Positions 15,457 through 23,038 of a DNA stretch of 32,000 nucleotides are shown in pieces. A program made the position numbers and the translations under genes. This stretch comes from Candidatus Saccharimonadota bacterium (GTDB lineage Bacteria; Patescibacteriota; Saccharimonadia; Saccharimonadales; Saccharimonadaceae): NCBI GenBank assembly GCA_016700015.1, contig CP064995.1, positions 660,001 to 692,000 on the forward strand. Reading direction: 5' to 3'. Within the stretch, counting starts at the first letter, position 1; every line of letters starts with the position of its first letter. Below the pieces are notes generated by a model, which saw nothing but the letters and a program-made list of their open reading frames with translations, was not told the DNA's origin and ran no database searches.

Positions 15457-17142
15457 TTAGCCGTGTTCAAGCCGAACCAGCCTGCCTTCGACACTCCGCA
15501 CGCCGCGCCATTCATTAATAAGTGGCGTAAACCACACATCTACCCGTTTGCCAAGTTCGGCATACCAGTCTTTCTCGGCATGAAACGCGATCAGCTGTAG
15601 TCGCCTGCCGTTTTTATCTTCCACCTCAAGCTTACAGTGCTGTCCGTCGCTGCCCATACTTCGACAAGCCGTCACTGTCACGGCATCGGCACGTAAAATT
15701 GGCTCCGGATTGCCATTGCCAAACGGCTCCATACTCGACAATTGCTCCACTAATGCTTCGTTAATTTCTGTAAAATCAGCCACAGTTACATCGGCTCGTG
15801 CCAGCAGTAATGGTGGCTGCGTAGGAAGCTTGAGCGATGCAAAGTAGTCATTAACGCCTTTGCGAAATGCTTCAATATTGGCTGTCGGCAATGTCACTCC
15901 TGCTGCCAGCTTATGCCCACCCCCCTTAGTAACTAGGTGTTGGTTTGCCCGAATTGCATCGGCAGCACTAAAATCGCCGTAGCTTCTGGCCGATCCCTTA
16001 GACTCATCACCCATTTCTTGTAGCACATAGGTTGGCTTTTTATACTTTTCAAGCAATTTCGCCGCCACAATCCCTACAATCCCGTGGTTCCAGTCCGCAT
16101 GACTGACGACAAGCACGCTCTGGTCTTCATACATTTCGGCCTGCTTCACAGCCCCAGCGACGATAACATCTTGGTCAGCCCGGCGCTTGGCATTGAGCCT
16201 GTCGAGTTCCTGAGCTAGTTCAAGCGCCTTCATTCCGTCGCTCGCTAGCAACATATCCTGGGCAATGCGTGCCGTTTCTAGTCGCCCCGCAGCGTTCATC
16301 CGCGGGCCTAGCCCAAACCCCAATGCTCGCGCGTTAACGGTATGCGGCTCGACACCCGCTACTGTCATCAGTGCCTTCAGTCCTGGACGTCGAGTCTTGG
16401 CGAGCACTTTTAGCCCCCAGTACACGTGAGTACGATTTTCATCGACGAGTGTCACCACATCACACACGGTGCCCAGCGCCACAAGGTCAAGCAGCCATTT
16501 TTCCTGGCCATATGCGAGGCCATCCAGCCGTGTCTGCAAGGCCTGCACCAATTTAAATGCCACCCCCACCCCTGGTAAATCGAGAAATGGATAGAGTGGC
16601 TTTTTTGGTGTTTGCTTCATAAGTCGAAGGTTTTGGTAGCGTTTAGGATAGTCTTGCAAGAGCCGCTTTGGGTTAATCACCGCCACTGCCGGTGGCTGCG
16701 TCGGCACTACGTTGTGGTGGTCGGTCACAATTACGTCTACGCCCAGTTCCTTCGCCCTCACAATCTCGCGCTCGCTTATGCTACCGCAGTCAACAGTGAT
16801 GATGAGCTGCGTGCCCTCCTGTGCAATTCGTTCGACCGCCGCAACCGTCATGCCGTAGCCTTCGACAAATCGATTAGGGATGAATGTAGTGACATGTCGG
16901 AAACCAAACGCAGCGAGTGCATCTACTAGCACTGTGGTAGCGGTGAGCCCATCGATATCGTAGTCGCCGTAAATAGTGATGTGTTCTTGAGCTTCGCGCG
17001 CTCGAACCAGCCTTTCAACCGCCTTAGTCATATCGGGCAGTAAAAACGGGTCGTGTCCATCTTCATAGCGAGGGTGCAAAAAAATATCGCGCGTTTGTTC
17101 GTCAAACCCGCGCGCCTCAAGAATCCGCTCGAACAACGTCAT
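15457..17142 (-). CDS. recJ: single-stranded-DNA-specific exonuclease RecJ
   Basis: DHH-family motifs: ITIYGDYDIDGLT, IITVDCG, VIVTDHH, GGGHKLAAG (DHHA1). Confidence 0.93.
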   Translation of the reverse strand: MTLFERILEARGFDEQTRDIFLHPRYEDGHDPFLLPDMTKAVERLVRAREAQEHITIYGDYDIDGLTATTVLVDALAAFGFRHVTTFIPNRFVEGYGMTVAAVERIAQEGTQLIITVDCGSISEREIVRAKELGVDVIVTDHHNVVPTQPPAVAVINPKRLLQDYPKRYQNLRLMKQTPKKPLYPFLDLPGVGVAFKLVQALQTRLDGLAYGQEKWLLDLVALGTVCDVVTLVDENRTHVYWGLKVLAKTRRPGLKALMTVAGVEPHTVNARALGFGLGPRMNAAGRLETARIAQDMLLASDGMKALELAQELDRLNAKRRADQDVIVAGAVKQAEMYEDQSVLVVSHADWNHGIVGIVAAKLLEKYKKPTYVLQEMGDESKGSARSYGDFSAADAIRANQHLVTKGGGHKLAAGVTLPTANIEAFRKGVNDYFASLKLPTQPPLLLARADVTVADFTEINEALVEQLSSMEPFGNGNPEPILRADAVTVTACRSMGSDGQHCKLEVEDKNGRRLQLIAFHAEKDWYAELGKRVDVWFTPLINEWRGVRSVEGRLVRLEHG

Positions 17143-17450
17143 GACTGAATATCAGTAGTTGTGCGCTTTGGCCGCCCGGCACTTGATTGCTGCTGAGACT
17201 TTATAACGATACTTTGCAGTTCTTTGAATATCGGGAACTGCTTATTAGTAGAGTATATTTTGGTGTTCCCCTGCTTCTCACCAAGCAAAAACCCAACTTT
17301 TTCGAGTCGCTTTAATTCACGCTGAATATTACCCGGATCTTCCTTGATAAGCTTGGCAAGACCACGCACATGGGTGTGAAAATCAGGATATTTGGCGTAT
17401 ACCACCACAATTTTTCGTCGCACCCTAGATGTGATAAAAACGTCTAACAT
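17139..17450 (-). CDS. winged helix-turn-helix transcriptional regulator (ArsR/MarR-like, small)
   Basis: 103 aa. HVRGLAKLIKEDPGNIQRELKRLEKVGFLLGEKQGNTKIY matches an HTH followed by a wing. Its stop overlaps the recJ start (ATGA at 17139..17142). Confidence 0.65.
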   Translation of the reverse strand: MLDVFITSRVRRKIVVVYAKYPDFHTHVRGLAKLIKEDPGNIQRELKRLEKVGFLLGEKQGNTKIYSTNKQFPIFKELQSIVIKSQQQSSAGRPKRTTTDIQS

Positions 17451-17527
17451 CGAACCCTTTCCTGTCCACTTCCCTGAATACTGTTGCTTTTTATTCTACA
17501 TTTACCGCCAAGCATTTGCAAGTCCGT

Positions 17528-18184
17528 TTAGCGCCAATTTAGCACAATTTGATTAATCTTCGCGATGGTTTCTTCGTGCGATGGCACAGCGTTATCTTCA
17601 TAATAATGGTTCGTTCCCATATAGTTCTCCTTCACATCAAGCACATGAATTTCATCTGCAATCATATGAATTCTATCGACAGCAGGTATTGTCGCTACAG
17701 GGGCAGCCACTACTAGTCGTAATATACGAATTGGTTTTAGAAAATCAAGTGCCACGCTAAGAACCGCGCTATCACTGAATCCGTCGGCCACGAGTATCAC
17801 GACGCGCTCGCGCAACATATCATTGCCAATCAATCCGCCATCACCAATAAGACGATTGATTCGATTAAATGCTTGGCGTTTCTGATCTTCTAAGTAGCCG
17901 TGAAACTCACTAGTATACTCATCTATCTCACCTGCCGAGAAATCGCTGTTATAGGTAAAGTTACCTGCCTGCGATACGGCACCAAAGCTCGTACTTTCAC
18001 CAGGAACTTCTATCCCCTCAGTCACAAGCATCGTCAAAATACAGTGAAGCTGCGAAGCAATTTGCTCACCAACCAACACGCCACCATCGCTGAGCGCCAC
18101 CACGGCACAGTTTTCGTAGCGATATCTTTCTAATAGCTGAGTAGCTAACATCTGCCCAGCTTGTGCCCTGCTCTCAAAATACAT
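17528..18184 (-). CDS. phosphoribosyltransferase-like protein with a degenerate PRPP loop
   Basis: F.SRAQAGQMLA..L......NCAVVALSDGGVLVGEQIA..L resembles the putative-PRTase family. The PRPP-loop position reads VVILVADGFSDSAV, where VILVDDGxATGxT is usual. Confidence 0.6.
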   Translation of the reverse strand: MYFESRAQAGQMLATQLLERYRYENCAVVALSDGGVLVGEQIASQLHCILTMLVTEGIEVPGESTSFGAVSQAGNFTYNSDFSAGEIDEYTSEFHGYLEDQKRQAFNRINRLIGDGGLIGNDMLRERVVILVADGFSDSAVLSVALDFLKPIRILRLVVAAPVATIPAVDRIHMIADEIHVLDVKENYMGTNHYYEDNAVPSHEETIAKINQIVLNWR

Positions 18185-18236
18185 ATGCTTATAGTAGCAG
18201 TCTTCGACACAGAAATACAGGTATAATTAGGGAGCT

Positions 18237-20171
18237 ATGTATTATTACGAGGTAGCACCAACCAAAATCGTTCGACCAGATCAGGCAGTATTCACGTATC
18301 ACTACGATTCCAGGTTAGCAAAAGGCCAGCTTGTTGTTGTACCCGTTGGAAAGCAGCAACTTGTCGGTATCATCATGGCAGTAGTCAAACGGCCAGTATA
18401 TGCCACAAAACCACTCGCGCCACTTCCACTACCCACTTTACCCTGGTCATTAGTAGCGACCGCTGAATGGATAGCTTCGTACTATTCATCACATTTGGCT
18501 TTGGTTTTACAAGCAATGCTTCCACGCGGTATCACCAAAAAACGACGTGAAGTTGTCCATTCTTCATCTGTAATTCATCGGAATCGAACAAATTTTGTAC
18601 TCAATAAATCTCAGCAAAAAGCAGTTGAAATATTTCTTACCATGTCGCCTGGCACCGGCATACTGCACGGTGTTACCGGAAGCGGTAAAACTGCTGTGTA
18701 TATAGAGCTTGTGCGCGATTGCCTAAAGCAAGGCAGATCCGCACTTGTCCTCGTACCCGAAATCGCCCTTACCTCTCAACTTGTTGCAGATTTTACCAAC
18801 CACTTCGCCACCGTGCTTGTTTCACACTCAGCTCAAACTGAAGCCGAGCGCCACCGTTTATGGACGCGTATCCTACAGTCGACTGAGCCGGTGGTCATCA
18901 TTGGACCACGCTCTATTCTTTTTTCTCCTGTCAAAAGCCTCGGCACTATCATTATTGACGAAGCCCACGAACCATCTTACCGCCAAGACCAGTCACCGAA
19001 ATACTCTGCGCTTCGAGTCGCGAGCGTCCTTGCTACCCAGCACAATGCCCGCGTCGTTCAGGGCACGGCTACTCCCCTCGTGAGTGAGCTTTACCTAGCA
19101 CGAGCCGCAGGCCGTCCGGTAGTTTCGCTGCCGCAGATTGCTCAGCCTGGCGCTGTAAAAGCCTCTGCATCACTAGTTGATATGACAAAGCGCTCATCAT
19201 TTGGTAGTCACAGGTTTTTATCGCAGTTGCTGCTCAAGCAAGTAGAATCTACACTAAAAGATGGCAAACAAGTACTTATTTTTCACAATCGCCGCGGCAG
19301 TGCTAGCATCACGCTGTGCGAAGAATGCGGGTGGTCAGCCCTCTGTGATCAATGCACAATCCCTATGACACTTCACAGTGATTTACACAAGCTCATTTGC
19401 CACATATGCGCTAAAGCCATTCGAGTTCCAACATCCTGCCCACAGTGCCATCATACTAACATTATTCACCGGGGTATTGGGACAAAGTTAATTGAGAGTG
19501 AACTGCGCAAACTATTCCCCTCTAGTACTATCGCTCGATTTGATGGTGACTCTACGAGCGACGCGACGCTCGCCAAAAGCTATCAGTCCGTATACGACGG
19601 CACAATCGACATCATTGTTGGCACACAGGTGATTGCCAAGGGTCTCGATCTCCCCCACTTACGTACTGTTGGGGTTGTCCAGGCAGATGCTGGGCTAGCA
19701 CTACCAGACTATGCAGCCAGTGAGCGCACATTCCAATTACTTTCACAAGTAGTGGGTCGCGTTGGTCGCTCGTCGCACGCAACATCGGTCATTGTTCAAA
19801 GTTACCAGCCAGATGCTCCAGCCGTACAACTGGGTATTATGCAGGATTACGAGCGTTTTTACGATTATGAGCTCGCGCGTCGTCGTCATGACGCATTCCC
19901 CCCGTTTATTTTCCTTCTAAAGCTCACGTGCGTTTATAAAACGGAGTCATCTGCCGTCAAACATGCCGCTGCCCTCGCGCACGCACTTCGTGAAAATTAT
20001 CCTGACGTATCGATACTTGGGCCAGTGCCAGCATTCTATGAATTTCAACACAACACTTATCGATGGCAGCTTCTTATTAAGTCTACCTCAAGGAGTAAGC
20101 TTCTCGCCCTCACCCAGACCGTTCCTATGACACACTGGTATGTCGACATCGACCCACCAAGCCTCTTGTAA
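18237..20171 (+). CDS. priA: primosomal protein N' (replication restart helicase PriA)
   Basis: Walker A GVTGSGKT, DEAH-type IIDEAHEPSY, a Cys-rich zinc region (CEECGWSALCDQC...LICHICAKAIRVPTSCPQCH), and QVVGRVGR. Confidence 0.93.
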   Translation: MYYYEVAPTKIVRPDQAVFTYHYDSRLAKGQLVVVPVGKQQLVGIIMAVVKRPVYATKPLAPLPLPTLPWSLVATAEWIASYYSSHLALVLQAMLPRGITKKRREVVHSSSVIHRNRTNFVLNKSQQKAVEIFLTMSPGTGILHGVTGSGKTAVYIELVRDCLKQGRSALVLVPEIALTSQLVADFTNHFATVLVSHSAQTEAERHRLWTRILQSTEPVVIIGPRSILFSPVKSLGTIIIDEAHEPSYRQDQSPKYSALRVASVLATQHNARVVQGTATPLVSELYLARAAGRPVVSLPQIAQPGAVKASASLVDMTKRSSFGSHRFLSQLLLKQVESTLKDGKQVLIFHNRRGSASITLCEECGWSALCDQCTIPMTLHSDLHKLICHICAKAIRVPTSCPQCHHTNIIHRGIGTKLIESELRKLFPSSTIARFDGDSTSDATLAKSYQSVYDGTIDIIVGTQVIAKGLDLPHLRTVGVVQADAGLALPDYAASERTFQLLSQVVGRVGRSSHATSVIVQSYQPDAPAVQLGIMQDYERFYDYELARRRHDAFPPFIFLLKLTCVYKTESSAVKHAAALAHALRENYPDVSILGPVPAFYEFQHNTYRWQLLIKSTSRSKLLALTQTVPMTHWYVDIDPPSLL

Positions 20172-20201
20172 TCACAAGCATCATCCCTCTATACTACGTG
20201 T

Positions 20202-20771
20202 ATGGCTAAACGATCCACTCGTTTTGGGTTTACAATTGTTGAGCTTATGTTTGTGGTAGTCATTATTGGCATCATTGCCTCTATTACACTCGTTACCTAT
20301 CGCAATGTGCAAGCGCGCGCTCGCGATGACCGTCGTCTTGCCGACATGAGTATGTACGTAAAAACACTTGACGCTTACAAGTCCTTTAATCAGACTTACC
20401 CGGTAGTAGCTTATAGCGGACTTGGTGCACAAAATGGCTGGGAATCCTCCGCCAGGGAAGCGGCTGGCCAATTCCTCGATTCACTCGATTCAATCGCCGG
20501 ACAATCAAGTATGCCGGTTGACCCTACCAACAACGCTAATGGTAACGACATAACCGTCGACCGTACAAACAGTAAATTTACGTACGTTTACAACTACTAT
20601 ACTGCTGGAACCAACGGCTGCGACGCGACAAAAGGAAACTACTACGTCATTGGCGTACTACGAACCGAAACTACTGGCGCCACAAAGATAGCAGGAAGTC
20701 CTGGATTTTCGTGCACAAGCCGCGACTGGCAATCAGAACTTTCGTGGGTAACGGGGCGTTTTGAAAAGTAA
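20202..20771 (+). CDS. type IV pilin-like protein (prepilin N-terminal cleavage/methylation domain)
   Basis: MAKRSTRFG|FTIVELMFVVVIIGIIASI is a class III signal peptide with G/F cleavage and Glu5. A C-terminal Cys pair is present (NGCDAT...FSCTS). Confidence 0.85.
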   Translation: MAKRSTRFGFTIVELMFVVVIIGIIASITLVTYRNVQARARDDRRLADMSMYVKTLDAYKSFNQTYPVVAYSGLGAQNGWESSAREAAGQFLDSLDSIAGQSSMPVDPTNNANGNDITVDRTNSKFTYVYNYYTAGTNGCDATKGNYYVIGVLRTETTGATKIAGSPGFSCTSRDWQSELSWVTGRFEK

Positions 20772-20797
20772 TTTATTCTCTGGCCCTTCTCTATAAT

Positions 20798-21400
20798 TTG
20801 CTGGGCACATCAGGTATACTAACTGGAGTGAAGAAGGAAGCAATTATCACCCTACCGAATACTCATCTGCGTCAAAAATCGCAGCGCGTTCATGTAGTGA
20901 CTGACGATGTTCGCAAACTTGCCAAAGACATGATCGACGCCAGCCTCGACTGGGAAGACTCTCGTCCCCATGAAATCAGTGCTGCCCTTGCAGCTGTGCA
21001 GGTCGATCACCTCTATCGTGTCGTTATTGTGCGGAGCGATTTTGACCACAAAGAAAACCGAGAGTTTGTGACACTTATCAACCCAGAAATTGTGAAGTTT
21101 GAAGGACAAAGAGTCGCCGATTTTGAAGGCTGCTTGAGTGTCAATGGTTATTACGGTAGCGTACCTCGCTATACAAAAGTTCGAGTAAAAGCGCTCGACC
21201 TTGAAGGTCACGAAGTGCGCTTTAAAGCCGAAGGCTTTCTCGCTCGCGTTATCCAGCACGAAATCGATCACACAAATGGTATTGTATTTGTTGACCACAT
21301 TAGAGATGCACGAGATGCGTTTTATCGATTGGATGAGAAAGGCGAACTCCAGCCCCTTAGTTATGAAAAAGATGTCGAACATAGTCTTCTTTGGAACTGA
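20798..21400 (+). CDS. def: peptide deformylase
   Basis: The three PDF motifs are present: ALAAVQV (a degenerate GxGLAApQ), EGCLSV and QHEIDHTNG. The start is uncertain. The TTG at 20798 abuts a TATAAT (20792..20797). The GTG at 20828, 7 nt after TATACT (20815..20820), is an alternative. Confidence 0.88.
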   Translation: MLGTSGILTGVKKEAIITLPNTHLRQKSQRVHVVTDDVRKLAKDMIDASLDWEDSRPHEISAALAAVQVDHLYRVVIVRSDFDHKENREFVTLINPEIVKFEGQRVADFEGCLSVNGYYGSVPRYTKVRVKALDLEGHEVRFKAEGFLARVIQHEIDHTNGIVFVDHIRDARDAFYRLDEKGELQPLSYEKDVEHSLLWN

Positions 21401-22247
21401 AGATCATAGCTTAATCGCCCTACGCACCCTGGTAGAGCATAACTTTCACATAGCCGCCGTCGTCACCAAGCCCGACACACCAAAAGGACGTGGTCACAGA
21501 CTAGTCCCTTCGGCTGTGAAAGCCTATGCCCTCACCCAGGACATCACTGTGCTTGAGCCCCAAAAACTCGACGAGCTTATCGAGCCACTCTCAACAATTG
21601 AAAAGCCTGTTGGCGTGCTCGTTTCGTATGGCAAAATCATACCCAATTACATACTGTCACTATTTAGCCCAGGTATTATCAATGTCCACCCTTCGCTACT
21701 CCCCCTCTACCGCGGTCCCTCCCCCATTGAGTCGGCAATCGAGCATCGCGATGCAAAAACTGGTGTGACAATCATGAAACTCGTAAAAGCAATGGACGCA
21801 GGACCTATTTATGTTCAAGTTCCCTATGCGCTTGATCAGACCGAGACAAAGCCGGAACTCTACGATACGTTGTTCACGCTAGGAGCTAATCTTTTGGTAC
21901 AGTACCTCCCTCGTATCATCGACGGCTCGCTTCAGCCCACACCCCAAGACGAAGCAGATGCAACCTACTGCCATCTCTTACAAAAAGGTGATAGTTTATT
22001 AGATCCCCAAACCCTCACTCCCGGTGAAGCCGAAGCACGTATCCGTGCCCACCTAGGCTACCCACGCACTCGGCTACAGCTTGGTCCCCATACGGTTATC
22101 GTCACCAAGGCTCACGCCGTCATGACACAGCAAACAGCACTCGATATCGAGTGCAAAAACGGTGCATTTTTATCGATTGATGAACTTATCGCTCCCAGCG
22201 GCAAACGCATGTCGACAGCAGAATTTTTACGCGGCTACCGATTTTAA
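21372..22247 (+). CDS. fmt: methionyl-tRNA formyltransferase
   Basis: MSNIVFFGT..., VVTKPDTPKGRGHRL, INVHPSLLPLYRGPSPIE. The gene follows and overlaps def; the ATG at 21363 is an alternative start. Confidence 0.92.
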   Translation: MSNIVFFGTEDHSLIALRTLVEHNFHIAAVVTKPDTPKGRGHRLVPSAVKAYALTQDITVLEPQKLDELIEPLSTIEKPVGVLVSYGKIIPNYILSLFSPGIINVHPSLLPLYRGPSPIESAIEHRDAKTGVTIMKLVKAMDAGPIYVQVPYALDQTETKPELYDTLFTLGANLLVQYLPRIIDGSLQPTPQDEADATYCHLLQKGDSLLDPQTLTPGEAEARIRAHLGYPRTRLQLGPHTVIVTKAHAVMTQQTALDIECKNGAFLSIDELIAPSGKRMSTAEFLRGYRF

Positions 22248-22693
22248 GCAGCTTGCGGTTGGTCGCCAGGCGCTACACCCAAAATCGCATCACGGTTAGC
22301 GATAATCTCGGCTTTCAGCTCTTCCATAGTCTGGGCGACTACTTGACGGTAGTCGGGTCGATTAAGCCCAAGCCACTTGAGCGATGCATACTCCGCCAAA
22401 ATAACATTTTGTGGAATTTCAGCAGGAGCGCCTGCTTTCAGTTGCTGATAGATTTGATCTTGCTCATATTCAGGAACATTCGCCGATAACCACGTAGTTA
22501 CTTTTTCATCATTTCGATCAATAAATGATTCAAATTCTTGAAGCTGAGCATCACTCAAGCCTTCACTAAGGCGCGTCCCGACACGAAGTTCCAATTGCTC
22601 ACGGAAGTGATCAAGAAACATTTGCTTCTGCTCAGCTGGCAGTGTACCCAGACCCACATCTTGCAAAAATTTGTCATCCAACTGAAACATCAC
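22244..22693 (-). CDS. hypothetical 149-aa protein, paralog of 22729..23025
   Basis: Its N-terminal ~70 aa aligns by eye with the neighbouring 98-aa ORF (LGT..., E[LM]RV, [ST]D[AE]Q..EF, V..W). Its stop shares TTAA with the convergent fmt stop. Confidence 0.6.
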   Translation of the reverse strand: MMFQLDDKFLQDVGLGTLPAEQKQMFLDHFREQLELRVGTRLSEGLSDAQLQEFESFIDRNDEKVTTWLSANVPEYEQDQIYQQLKAGAPAEIPQNVILAEYASLKWLGLNRPDYRQVVAQTMEELKAEIIANRDAILGVAPGDQPQAA

Positions 22694-22728
22694 ATACTCC
22701 CTTATTAGCTAGTATTCAGTATACCATA

Positions 22729-23025
22729 CTAGTAAGAGCTGTCACGCGATGCGTCAGCAGCAAGTTCATCTGCTAAATCTTCAAACACTGTCTGGCGGAG
22801 GTTGTCTATGTCGCCAAACTCGCGCTCAATCCACGCTACCACCGTTTCTTGCGGTCCATCCTTAATCGCCGTAAACTCGTTCCGCTGCTCGTCAGTCATT
22901 GTGCGCTCCAATAAATGAGAAACTCTCATTTCGATAAGTTCTCGCGCCTGAGCGATGCTGAGGGCCAAGATGTCAGGGTCATGGGTGCCGAGTTTTAGTT
23001 TTTCGATGATTGCTTCGTCAGTCAT
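22729..23025 (-). CDS. hypothetical 98-aa acidic protein, paralog of 22244..22693
   Basis: See the paralog alignment above. It starts 13 nt downstream of the 911-aa gene on the same strand. Confidence 0.6.
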   Translation of the reverse strand: MTDEAIIEKLKLGTHDPDILALSIAQARELIEMRVSHLLERTMTDEQRNEFTAIKDGPQETVVAWIEREFGDIDNLRQTVFEDLADELAADASRDSSY

Positions 23026-23038
23026 AGCTAACTACAGT

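Noticed and set aside
20792-20830. A leaderless start for def
   Set aside because: TATAAT abuts a TTG at 20798, which is too close. TATACT (20815..20820) precedes a GTG at 20828. Neither gives a convincing AUG-initiated leaderless mRNA, so the def start is left ambiguous and not counted in the leaderless set.
20852-21382. 176-aa minus-strand ORF
   Set aside because: It is antisense to def, whose EGCLS and QHEIDH motifs are unambiguous.
22244-22247. Convergent fmt and 149-aa-ORF stop codons sharing TTAA with no terminator between them
   Set aside because: This is real in the sequence but is a common consequence of genome compaction. It is not evidence of a special element.
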